A stretch of 64,000 nucleotides of DNA, taken from NCBI GenBank assembly GCA_047967505.1, contig CM106538.1. One strand, given 5' to 3'. Source of the DNA: Dipteris shenzhenensis (lineage: Eukaryota). Under the pieces are notes generated by a model. It did not search any database and was not told the origin of the DNA. It worked only from the letters and a program-made list of their open reading frames with translations. Both the position numbers and the translations under genes were made by a program. Shown one piece after another: positions 26,833 through 39,000 of this stretch (positions within the stretch are counted from its first letter, which is position 1; every line of letters starts with the position of its first letter).

Positions 26833-27099
26833 CTATCATTTATGTCACCGCCTATGTTAGTTGTACTCGTGGTGTAGTTAGACTACCACGTATGTTTTTG
26901 GTTTGGGTTCACATATGAACCACGTATTCTAGGTTTTGACATATAGGGTATTTCCCTCTTCTATTGTATAGTTGTTTGTATAGTTGTTGTGTGCAAAAGT
27001 GAAGAAAGGCTTCACCCTCCAACCTTGTGTCCTCTCTCTTTTGTGTGTTGTGAATAAAGCTGAACTTGAGTCTCCTATCTCTCTCCCTCTTTCTTTACA
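26790..27099 (+). repeat. 3' LTR (310 bp)
   Basis: Matches the 5' LTR apart from a 12-bp tandem duplication (ttgtatagttgt x2). Confidence 0.95.
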
Positions 27100-28049
27100 A
27101 AAAATGGGTATGATTATGAGCATGCATTTTGTGAATCCTTTCCATTGTTCTACACAAGGTTTTAACATTTTGGTTGACAAGAATTTAAAGCAAGTCAAAA
27201 TGCATATTCTTTATGGTATACTAGGCTATCTCACCAAAGATTTCATGCTTTCACATTACTAAATGGTCGACCACAACTTCACAAATAAGAAATCAATCAT
27301 GGAGTTGAGTTGTACACTCTCTATGGGTTCATGACCTTAAAAACAAGGTGTCTCTCTGTAGTTGTTGAGAGGTGGTACATGTACCACCAGTTCAACATGC
27401 AGACAAATGATGATTAGTTTGCTTGGCTACGTTGTATCTATGCTACATGGATGCAAGTATTATCTGATAGCTTCCTAGGTGATCCCATTCGAGGGACATG
27501 GGCAACATTGTTCCATATGGACTTGTCTTAAGAATTTTCCAACTATCTAGATGCATTAGTGGCAAGTTTTCTTTTCTATTTACCATTGGAGTCTTTCTTT
27601 GATAGTGGATGCTTTGCTTATAGCACGTCCTCTACTGGCTATGAGCCCATCATCTCCTAATAGTGCACGTGGGGTGTCATCATTAGAGCGTCCTTACTTC
27701 GTAAAAGATCTCAAGAGGTGGATGCAAAGGACCCTTTGGCTGACACAAAGCATAATAGGGATTTCCTCTGTCTACTAGTGGATGAACTTATTGTTGTGGT
27801 GAATTCCATGTTTGTAGCCATCGATCTACGTTATTCTATTTATATTGTACCCACCTCTACAAAAGCGCTCTCATTTATCTATTTGCCCTTGCACTACTCA
27901 CACATTACTATCCACCGCTTCCCCCTCATTCTCAATTCCCCACCCATTCTCACTAGCATAGATGTGTGGGGTTGAAATCCATACCTCATTATGACGAGAG
28001 TTGTTGTTGAATGTTCGGCACTATTATATGCAAAGTGTGGGTAAATAAT

Positions 28050-29750
28050 ATTACCAATTAATTTTCCTTTTACTCACATATGCTTGAAGCGTATCCTCAA
28101 TGAGTTGATTGACCCTTAGTGGTGGATAGTGTTGATATTCAACGTAGTCTTCAACCTCATGAAAATACACCTTTAAGATCCCATTTTCCATATGGGATCT
28201 TTAAAGGACTAGCAACCACCTACATTAAGACATTTATCTTTATTGACTTTGCATTTTTGCCAATTCAAGACATAATCTTAGACATCCTTACTTATTCCTT
28301 ATTCCCAACCAAAACAATTTTCTCGCAATAAGTAAGCCTATCTAACCTTTCTTCCTTTAAGTTATAATTCACTACAAGTCATTTTATACTTTTTTGATCA
28401 ATTATGATCTCAAACTTAGAACCATAAGATAGTGCCTCCATTTCGTTAATGCATAAACTATAGCATACACATCCTGAGGTGATCACATGTCGAGTAATTC
28501 CATTGAGCACAATCTAATTATTACTTTCAAAAGCTATTGGTCAATCCCTTTGTAGAAGCACCATACAACAGCAACATTGCTAGCATTTGTTTCAACCATA
28601 AATGATTCATTGGGATCCACTACCTCTAAGATAAGGGTTATAGCTATAGCTATTTTTAGTTTGTAAAAATTGCTCCTTCAAGGATCATCCTAGTCCCCTT
28701 TCCCTTAAGGTAAACTAGCATGACAACATATTATTGGATGAATCCTCTATAAAATCTAGACAAATCTAAGACTATTTGTAATTCTTCTAAGGTAATATGG
28801 CCTTGGGTTTCCAAGACCCCTTCTTTGGATATGATATGTTTCAAGTATCATACTTCTTTTGAAAAGAATTCAAGCTTGCATTCTTTAGCAAAAAGAGAGC
28901 TATCTCTAAGAATTTGGAACAATTCTCTTACATGTTTCATAGGCTTCTTTTTTAAAAAACTATAGATGAGGATATCATCTAAGAATATTACAACACATCT
29001 TCCTAAATATGGCTTTAATGATGATGATGATGTTCTAATATAACACAAACTTTTTGTCCATACTTCTCTTGAAAAGAATTCACCTTGAGATTCTTTAACA
29101 AAAAGGGGGCTATCTCTAAGCAATTGGAACATGTTTCTTAAATCTTCCATATGCTTCTTTTTTGTTTATTTATAAATGAGGATGTCATCTAAAAATAGTA
29201 TAGTGGATTTCCTAAATTTGGCCTTAAGACACAATTCATTTTGTGTCATAAATGTTGCTGGAGCATTACTTAAACAAAATGGCATTACTTTAAATTGATA
29301 ATTACCTTACCCCAGTATGAAAAGATGTTTTGGTTTTTCTTCTTATCTAAATCGTACTTGATGCTATCTAGATTTTAATCAATTTTAGTAAAAATATTTA
29401 ATCCCTTGCAATTGGTAAAAGAGTTTATCAATGCAAGGCATAGGATGTTTGTTTTTTATTGTCATTTTTTCAAAAGTGTGGTAATCCATGCATAAGCACA
29501 TAGTACCATCCTTTTTCTTTACTAGTAAAATCAATGAAGACTAAGCTAAGCTTCTAGGTTGAATTTGACCTTTTGTAAGATATTGAAATAGCTATGTTTC
29601 TACCTCACATACCTTTGTTTGACTAAGCCTATAAAGGAGGTTTACAAATAGGGGTAGATTCAGGAAATGTATTTAATTTTATGATCTACTTCTCTCTGAG
29701 GGGGTAAACAACTAGGAAAGTCAAGCACAAAACATCCTTTCCTTCAACCA
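28050..29750 (-). mobile_element. Decayed Ty3/gypsy pol (RT-RNase H-integrase)
   Basis: [53 protein letters not shown], RNase H FMVETNAS and integrase IPYGKWD on the minus strand. Confidence 0.8.
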
Positions 29751-30125
29751 CTATATCATTCATTAAAAGAAATGTTATGCTTTTCAACAACATCAAGTAT
29801 TTAAAAGTGAAGAAGAAATTAAATTATCAACAAACATAAAATCACAAATGTATACGCCAAATTCTTGTCAGTGCAGGAGTCGTTCCAATCTCATCAAACA
29901 AATAAGTAGAGAATTATGTATACCATGTTTCCCTTGAAGCTCAATGTCCTACCATGCTTTTTTAATATGATGGAATTATTGAAATAACTCGCCTGTAAGA
30001 TTTCCTTGAGACAATAGAGCCATTTTTGACCTATGGCCACGTCTATTCTCTCAAGATGCATGGAAATTCAAATCATCCTCATAGCATTGAATGGCCCCTC
30101 TGCACCATTAACTTTTTTATCACCA

Positions 30126-30606
30126 CCCTTTGCAATAGAATTGACCTTTCTCACTTTAGATTTGTCATGGTATGAGTTCTTTTAGAAAGGAAGATGCATT
30201 ATCTAGTTCCCTATTATTTGTCCACAGTGTTGGAATTCAAATTTGGTGTCGAATCGTTCCCTTTTAATATGGAAACTTGTCTCTTGATTCCGCTTTCCAA
30301 AGTCAATTCTCTCGACCCTGATCTCCAAAGTCAATCCTTTTGATCTTGATGGATCTCTGCTTTGGACCCTTTGCAATAGAGTCGACCTTTCTCACTTTGG
30401 ACTTGTAATGGCATGAGTTCTTTTAGAAAGGAAGATGCATTATCTAGTTCCCTATTATTTATTCATAATGTTGGAATTCAATTTTGGTGTCGAATCGTTC
30501 CCTTTCAATATGGGAACTTGTCTCTTGATCCCGCTTTCCGAAGTCAATCCTCTCGACCCTGATCATTAAAGTCGATCCTTTTGATCATGATGGATCTCTG
30601 CTTTGG
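30126..30606. repeat. ~240-bp tandem duplication
   Basis: ccctttgcaatagaa/gt...gatggatctctgctttgga occurs twice (~30126 and ~30367). Confidence 0.85.
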
Positions 30607-31592
30607 AACAGAAGAGGTTGGGACAAAACAAATATTTGTTTTTGCAAAGGAAGGGAGGGGGGTAAAAAGGGGCTTATGGCATGGATTTTCTTTTGTTAAG
30701 GTCTATGACCTTTGGTATAATTGGGTTTTTAAAAGTTTAGTCTTGCCTTGTTTGTGTAGATCGATAGTAGCACGACGACACAAATCCTATAGAACGTTAT
30801 TTCTTCTAGCCCTGTGCCCTTGGAGGATTCTATCCGAATCAAAAAAGTTTCAAAGAAAGGTCTCTTAGCAAACCATTATCCCATGAAGCCTTTGATCCAA
30901 CAACCATCCCACGAACATTTGAGAGATGCCCGAGGGAAATGCTTGCTATAATTTTTATACCTTTGATTATGTAGAATTCCATCTTCTTTGATGTGGTGTG
31001 CAGCTTAGCTAGTCCTTCATAAACACAGTACTCCTGAGGTTTGTATCATGAGTCATGTGTTATGTAAGATCTCCTTCAAAGCTAGTAGTTTGGTTGTTAC
31101 TTTCTGTTTGCAGTTATGTCATTTGTTGCTGCAGCTTGAACTTTGCAGCTAAAGCCCTAGTAAAGCTGCATTTATCTATCAACACTCGAGAGCGGATTAA
31201 GTCCTCAATTGTTGGAAACTTCACACTAGTATCAAAGCAGGATAAACATAGAGAGAACAACCCATCCTATTCATCCCTTTTGTTTAGCTCCTTTTACACT
31301 ACTAATGAGGTGTCATTGTTTAGCTCCTTTTACACTACTAATGAGGTGTCATTGAGCCATAATAGCCTTTTGACACGTAATATTGTTTGTAATCCACTTT
31401 TCATGTTGATCTCGTTCCATAGGATCTATCCCAGGTAAGATAATATTTGATGTTACCATACAAAGGACAATTTGGAAACGAAGATGGAGGGACTCCCACC
31501 CCTCGCTACAACACACAATCCCATGACACACTCTACATGCACTGGAGACAATACGGCATTGAGGCAAGTGAGGTGGATAGAAGCAAGTCTAA

Positions 31593-32026
31593 GGGTGTTT
31601 ACACACTGAAGTGCCCAAGGCTGGGCACCCTTTTGGACCAATAGGAAGCTTGAGTTTTGGCTTTGGGCGTGCACCTCTTTACACATACACTGCCCATCCC
31701 TAAACCAAATAATCTGACGTGGAGTCCACGTCTTGCCCTCTCCAAGCCCTTCCATGGGCAGCCAAGCTTGGCTGCCCAACGATGGGCAGGCTGATGATAG
31801 CCAATGGTTGAAATCCTCTAGGTCCCTCAGCTCCAATCAGAGCTTCATGTCCGAGCGGTGTGTGCTTTGGCGGTGTGTAAAGGGGGTGCCCATGGGTGGG
31901 CACTCAGTTTTTTAAAAACTTCATGATGGGCAGGTCATGTGTAATGGGGTGTGCCCATTCTAGCCCGCCCATGATTGTTTTTGGGTGCCCACTCTTTGGG
32001 CACCCTTTGGCGGTGTGTAAACAGCC
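31593..32026. mobile_element. PIF/Harbinger (Tourist-like) MITE, 434 bp
   Basis: TIRs GGGTGTTTACACAC and GTGTGTAAACAGCC (1 mismatch), flanked by TAA on both sides, with no coding capacity. Confidence 0.75.
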
Positions 32027-32985
32027 TAAGTTTGTGCAACCTAAACACCAACAAAGCACAATATGGTGTGGTCTAAGTGCCCATGTGTGGGTGGGTACAA
32101 AAATATAAAATGAACTAAATAGCACCAAGCAAATAAGAATGGCCCACTAGAATATGGTACAAATGCAATCGCCAACGCAAAATTTGGGTGGGCGAGGGTT
32201 GGATAGGGGATTGAGACTGCCCATTTGCCCAAGAGCTAGTTGCCTGGCGGCCACATATTGAGACGCTCTTGTTGCCCACGCATGGGCACTTATTGTTGCA
32301 AAAGGGGCGGGGAGTGATTTGTAGCAAACTCATTCGACCCACAAGGATGAATGATCATCCTGTGGCAGTATCTCTGGCTGCATTGTCTCAACAGGGCACG
32401 ACGATGGCCATCCGGCTTGGGCGTTGTGCCGGGCCTAATGGGTGGATGCACCCTGCCTCTTTCTCAAAGCAAAGGGGAGCCCCTTCCCTTGAAAGCTTCC
32501 ATTGAGAGGTTGCAAGCCATTCTTCATCATGCCTGCAGATGTTAGTGTTGCTCTCAAAGTTTATATATGATTTTGCAACTCTATTTCTCCTCTGTTGCAG
32601 ACTGGTTACAATTTGCTACTTTGCAAGGCATTGTTCTTCAATCAGGTTTTCTGCAGAACATCATGCCTGCAGATGTAAGTGTTGCTCTCAAAGCTTGTAC
32701 ATGATTTTGCAACTCTCCTTCTTCTCCTCCTCCTCTCTCGATTTTGGGTTTTGGAACTCCTTTCTGGATTTGGGTTTTTGTCCTCTGTTTCCATTGCATG
32801 CACATGTCCACTCCAACAACTCTTTTGGGTTTTTGATCGAGGCAGCAGCAGCATTGATCAAGCTCCAAATCTTGCTCTGAAATGCATTGTTTCCGTTTTG
32901 GGCTTTCCTTTTCCGATTTGGAATAGGATTTTTGCCGTCTTGTTCAAGCTTCGATCACCTTTTCTCCTGAGTCCGCTTCGTAGAT

Positions 32986-32996
32986 TTTGGCGGGAA
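32986..32996 (+). promoter_or_regulatory. E2F-type binding site upstream of RFC1
   Basis: TTTGGCGGGAA: TTTSSCGS on + overlapping TTCCCGCC on -, ~70 nt before the ATG of a replication gene. Confidence 0.6.
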
Positions 32997-33063
32997 CTTT
33001 AGAGCCCTGCTCTACTCTGCCTTACCAAACTTGTCTAGCTTTGTCGTCCTCTTCATTTATCCT

Positions 33064-33066
33064 ATG
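33064..33066 (+). CDS. RFC1: RFC1 coding exon 1 (initiator ATG only)
   Basis: ATG|gcgagt (GC donor) splices to ttacgcag|TCGGAT, giving M-SDIRRWF. Confidence 0.7.
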
Positions 33067-36000
33067 GCGAGTCTTTTTTAGCCTTCATCGATCGCTGTTT
33101 TCAGGATTTTTCCATCATCTCATGTTTCTGATTGCCTCCCTGTTTGCTCACTTTACGCAGTCGGATATTCGTCGCTGGTTTCTGAAGCAGCCTCACAAGA
33201 AAGATTCTGGCGAACCAGAGCCTCCGATCAAGGTATTCAATATGTTGTCTGTCACAGGAGATCATTGCCCTTCTTGCAATGCCTGTATGTGAAGAATATT
33301 CATTTTCCGCTACAGGATTCGCGCTCGGACCTGAAGAAAGCAAGCAAATATTTCTCGGGCGCTGCACATGGTGGTAAGGCGAATGATAACAAGCTGAAAC
33401 AAGAGAAGTCGCCTGCCAACAATCTTGTTAGCGATGATAACAAGCTGAAACCAGAGAAGTCGCCTGCCAAAAGGAAGCAACAAAATGCTGGTATTCAGGT
33501 GGAAACGAAGAGCGAACCTTCGCCCAAAAAAACACGTATTGAGAACGAGGGAGCGAACAAAGTGGCATTTCGCGAAGATGATTTTAGCCACGCTGATGAA
33601 CCTGCAACGGCAACTCCTTCTCCTGGGCGCGGAAGGGGAAGAGGAAGGGGAAGGGGACGGGGCGTGTCTGCATCGCCGTCTGAGGAGAGCAGACCGGTCA
33701 CTACTGGTCGGGGCCGTGGAGGATCGGGCAGAGGCGGAGCTGCCTTCTTTCAGTCGAGAGGGGAACCACCTCACAAAGGACAAAAGGTTTTACCTAAGCC
33801 ATTCCCCTGTACTTAATGTTTTCTTGACAAAGTTTATGATGAACTTCATTTTTTGCTGAAATTTTGGACAGGACGTACCTGAAGGTGCCGAAAATTGCTT
33901 GGCAGGTTCAACGTTCGTCATCAGTGGAACTCTCGACAGGTCGGGCTAAAATTGTAATTCAGAGATTAGTCGGTTATGATGTTGGTCACTCGCTATTATG
34001 CCGAGTGTTTATTTTATTTTACAGTTTGGAACGAGAAGAGGTGGAAGACCTTATAAAGAGACACGGGGGTCGTGTGACAACCAGTGTCAGCAAAAAAACA
34101 GTTAGTATCATTGCAAACAACGCTTTCCTCTCAAATGCTCTAGCTCTAGATGTTGTGAAAGGTGGCAGCTTTGCCCCTGCTTATTTTGGGCATTTTTCAG
34201 AGTTATTTGCTTGCTGATGAGGACATCGGAGGCCGCAAATCACAGAAAGCCAAAGAGCTAGGGTTTGCACTCTCTTTTTTCCCGATGTTGTAAAAGTGTT
34301 GGGTTGTGACTCGTGCAGAGATTGATTGGTGCCCATCATTTATACTTACATGCAAAGTTGAGCAAGGCTTCTAAGGTAAATCGTGTTGCATGTAATGTGT
34401 GACGTGGACAGAGTATCATTCCTTACTGAAGATGGACTATTTGATATAATCCGCTCTTCAAAGCACCAGAAGCCCACTCCCAAGCAAGTAGAGACCACAA
34501 CAGCTGGAAAACGAGGTAACTGTGGCAGTACAAGAAGAATTATGCTAGTCCTGTATACATTTTGCAAATGCAGTTGAGCACTGCTTCTGAATGTACCATT
34601 TCTTTTCAGAGGTGGAGGCACACAAGTGTCAACGTCAAAGTGTAAAGGTGATTGATTCAAAGGCAGCCTATGGTAAATCAGCAGGTTCTCTGCCGGACGT
34701 GAAGGCGAAATCGCCTGCCTCCTTTTCAACCGAATTGAAACCAAAGGCAGGGATTGTGGAGACAGAAGCATGGCCACAGAAGCATCAACCGAGGACTGCT
34801 AATGATATAATGGGGAATCAGTCCATTGTATGAATTTCCCTTCTTGAATATCCTTGAGGCAGAGTGAAAGGGAACATGAGTAATGAACATATAAACGAAC
34901 ATCGACTTAATAGGCGAGCAAATAGAAAATTGACCGAGAGATGCAAACAAGCTAAAGAGACCTCAGATAATAGTGAAAAGAAAGACAAACTGGGTGAGTT
35001 TTGTGTCTTGGGTGGTTTTGTTTTTGCCAATGTGACAGTTTTGATTAGCTAACTCTGTCCCTTTCAGTGCCAAGCCACAGTGGTTTAGAACAAGAAGGGT
35101 GTTGATCATATAGGTTAGGGGTCAGCAAGAGCTTTTGTTATACAAAGCAGCAATTACAGTATCCACTCTCCTTTTTGGTAAGCTGTGCCATGTTAAGTAA
35201 TGTCATTCCTTCTGGTCTGAGAGTTGTTACATAACTGAACCACCCCCTGAAGTGGGCTATGTATGAGAGACCAGAGAGATCACAACAGATTTTAATTGAG
35301 CTTTTAATTAAGCGAAATTTCAGCTGACCTATGGCACAAGCTTGTTCTTGTCTAGCCATTCACGAGTAGCAGAAATTCCACTGCATGGCAGCAGGCCACC
35401 AAAGTTCCCACAATGTTTGCTATCATCAAGTGGCAAGGAAAAACTGTTTGATGTCCTCTTCTTGCCAGTATTTGGATGCTGGTAGCATACATGTCTTGCT
35501 CTTGGCCCTGGGATCCTGGAGGTTGTGGTTATATGGAGGGTGCACCTATCAGGTGCTTGCAGTGGGACCCAGGAGTGTGGGAATGGATAGATCATGGGCA
35601 CCGAGAGAGGAGGATTCCCTTCTTTCGTTTCACGGTTAGTAATGCCAGGAGATTTCAGCTGCGCCGTAGGGGTAATGTAGGCATGGTCCCCAAGGAGGAG
35701 GCATTGGATGAAACATTCTTCTATTTCATTTTCTCTTTCATTTTCTGTGTAGATTTTTGGTCTTTAGAACAACAAAAAATCTGAATGTGTATGATTGGAC
35801 TTATTCTAGTGTTACAAAGGTATATTTTTCTATCACCTTAGCAGACATGCAAATTCTTTGAATTTTTGTCCAAGTGGTGATCAGCTGTTCAACTACATTG
35901 ATTTATCTTACGCGGGTGCAAAAGCCCCAACAGCTAAATTCTTCTCAATTCTTCTTATTATTATTTTAATTCTTTTCTTTTTGTTTAATATTTTATGATT

Positions 36001-39000
36001 ATTATTATTATTAAAATTTCTCTCTCTGTTAATTTTTTAATTTTTTAAAAATTTATTTTCTTTTTTAGTTAACTTTTTTATTGTCATTTTGTTTTTCATA
36101 AAAGTTTTTGTTTACCTCCTCTTTCATTTTCTCTTTTATTTTCCGTGTAGATTTTTGGTCTTTAGAACTTCAAAAAATCTAAATTTGTATGATTGGACTT
36201 ATTCTAGTCTTACAAAGGTGTATATCCTCTTCTTGCCACTGGTAACCTTAGTTTTATGGAACAAGGTTAGGGGGGTTGGGGAATTGTTCTCTGGAGTCCT
36301 GAAACGTATAGAAGCTATAAGAGGACGAAAAAGATTGCTAGAGGCCATTCTGCCAGTGAACTGGCAATCTAGAAGGAAAGTTTGAGGCCTAACACAAAAG
36401 CTTTTGCACGGTTTTACGGCCCTGTTACTGGATTATTTTTAAGGTATGCCAAGGATGCTGAGTCATGAGTGTTAAAGAGGGCGAGGCCATAACTTAGTCT
36501 ATGGGAGAGCCAAGTATAGGTGCAAGTAAATTTAGACATATGGGGAGGGAGTCAGCATAAGTCTATGGGAGAGCCAAGTATAGGTGCAAGTAAATTTAAA
36601 CATATGGGGAGGGAGTCAGCATAAGTATGGGCATGGTTTCTGAATGACATGCGTGATTCTATCAAGCCAATCATGTGTGCAATTGTATTTCTATACTATC
36701 TGACATTGGCTTTGGGGTGTGGGGATGTAAAGGTCCATTTGGGCCCCTTTATGGCTTGTATTGCATAACCAAGCTAGTGATCAGGCAAGACAGGCGCCTT
36801 TATGGCTTGTATTGCATAACCAAGCTAGTGATCAGCCAAGATAGGTGATGCACCCCTCCTGGGGTTGGTCCGGTTAGGATGAGATCCTTCTCATAAAAAG
36901 GGCAAGTCACTTCATAAGTGTATCATTTCTATTATCATTCATAATACATTGTCAAAAGAATGGTTCCATGTGATCATTTGTCCATATATGTGAGGTGGCA
37001 GCAATGAACATGAGGATAATTGACACATTTGAATACAAATCAGCAAGTATCTTATCTACTCTCCTTTTTGGTAAGCTGTGCATGTAACATGGGTCCTTGC
37101 TGGGTGATGCCATTCCTTCTGGTCATGAGCCATTACATATCTGATTAACTTCTCCACCTGGAGACTGTTCACCAAAGACTTTAGTGCAAGGATGGATGCT
37201 AGCAAGAAACTGCGCTGCTTGCAAGGACCTAGCATGTGTTTGAACCTCCTGTATCTTCATCCCCTGTACATGGTGTAGCAGGGAGAAGTTATGTCACACT
37301 CTCTCCTACTAACTGCTGACAGAAATAGAGATAGAAACTGAGAGAAGATGCACTCATAAACACAAGTGGAAGCGGTGAGGTGAGTGCAAGAACTGAGGGG
37401 GAAGTGGGGTCCTCCGAAGAGGGGAATAAATCTTTATTTAACTGTAGTAAATAAGGGAAAAGTACTGTATGGAGGGAACTGATCCCTAATATATAAGACT
37501 ACGAACTTATGGAGAAAGGGTGCTGCGATGAAGGCATCCTGCTGCTGCTGTCAGGCGCTGATGCCTGGACCTGATGGAAGTCCTGTAGATGCCGCTGAAG
37601 AGGAGCTGGTCTGCTGCTGGTTTGCCTGGACCAGATCCCGTGTGTCTGTACTGCTGGCTGTGGATGGTGCCTTTTATAGGCCCCCAGGGCCTTGAACTGT
37701 CCCGGCCAGGCCAGCCGACTGGCCAACCCCTGAGTTGGGTCTTGGCTGACCAGGCTCCCAGGGATTGAGTGGCAGCCAACCTGGCAGGTGATTGCCACGT
37801 GGCTGTCTGCCATGTGGTGGCTGTTGTGATAGCCGGCAGGCTGCACAGCCAGCATGGCCATGGGCATCATCTGCTCATGGCACATGGCTTGTCAGGAGCG
37901 ATTTCTTTTGCTCCCATCTGTGTGTTGGGTGTATGGGGTTGCTTGTACCAATGTAATTCTTCTGTTGATGGAGAAAAACATGCATCTTTGTCTTCTGCAG
38001 AAGTTGAGGGCAGACAGTCTCCTGCATCCCAGGGCAAGCTTCAGAAAACCCATAGCCAGCTTATTTCTGTGCACGTCTCCCCCCCCCCCCCCCACAAAAA
38101 AAAAGAATTTAAAAATTCCCCCTCCCCCCTTTTCTTTCTCTTTTGTTTTCCTTAGTGCACTTGTCGAGGTAGACGTGGCCATGCTAGATGTTAAGTTGAT
38201 GTGTTTACTGCCTGGTTCTTGGTCTTAAAAAATTGAGTCAATGAAAATCTCCTTTTGAGGAGTTGTGTGTCACATTTCTATTTAGGCCTATCTTTGATAG
38301 GCAAAATTTAATTGTTCAAAATGCTTCTCCCCCCTCCCTTGGGCGCAGGAGTGGGGCATTTGAACTTTGCACATATTTGTACGAGGTAGTCAGGTAGTCA
38401 GCCTTTGAGTCCTTGTTGGTTGAAAATAATACTTTTGTCTCTGACTGCTTGCGGTTTTGTGCATTCCCCTAGCATCCAAAAATGCTGGATCATCTTCACC
38501 TTCCTTTCTCTTCCCTGTTGTTGACCGGCACCCGTCGGGCTCCCACCCATACCTTCTAGGGGGAGGGGGCCTATGAGGCTCAGGTTTCCGAGACCCTAGC
38601 CTGCACCATTTGGAACTGTAATGGTACCTTATGGTCAGGCCCAGGGAACTTCTCGGAATCTTGCACAAGACGAGACATCGTCTTTTACACGGAGACACAC
38701 CGGTCAATGATGCTGTTTGCCTTGGCTTCCTCCGCACTTGGACAGTCAACACCATCACCCCCATCCACAAGGCAGGGGATCCCATGGACCCGAGTAACTA
38801 CAGGACTATCATGATTGGACGTGTGATATCCAATATCTATGCAGCAGTATTGGATGCGTCGGTCAGCTTGTTCGCAGAGATGAGAGGGCTCAGAGCAGAG
38901 GGTCAGGCTGGTTTCAGGCGAGACCATGGGACTATGGATCACATACTCACACTCAGGAGTGTCATTGAGGAGGCCAGATCACGGAAGGAGAGGGTATATT

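Larger units (their letters stand above)
21637..27099 (+). mobile_element. Full-length Ty1/copia LTR retrotransposon (recent, disabled)
   Basis: 5' LTR 21637-21934 and 3' LTR 26790-27099 (TG..CA). PBS tggtatcagagc at 21935-21946, PPT gagggggag before 26790, TSD aaaaa/aaaaa. Domain order gag-PR-IN-RT-RH. Confidence 0.97.

Noticed and set aside
27160-27980. Possible transposase or integrase remnant
   Set aside because: Too degenerate to assign any motif with confidence.
31220-31240. PBS-like tagtatcaaagc after ...ttcaca
   Set aside because: Two mismatches, and no partner LTR or coding remnant found.
36240-36968. Possible solo LTR (tggtaacc...ggttcca) with internal 64-bp and ~50-bp tandem repeats
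   Set aside because: No TSD and no second copy in the window.
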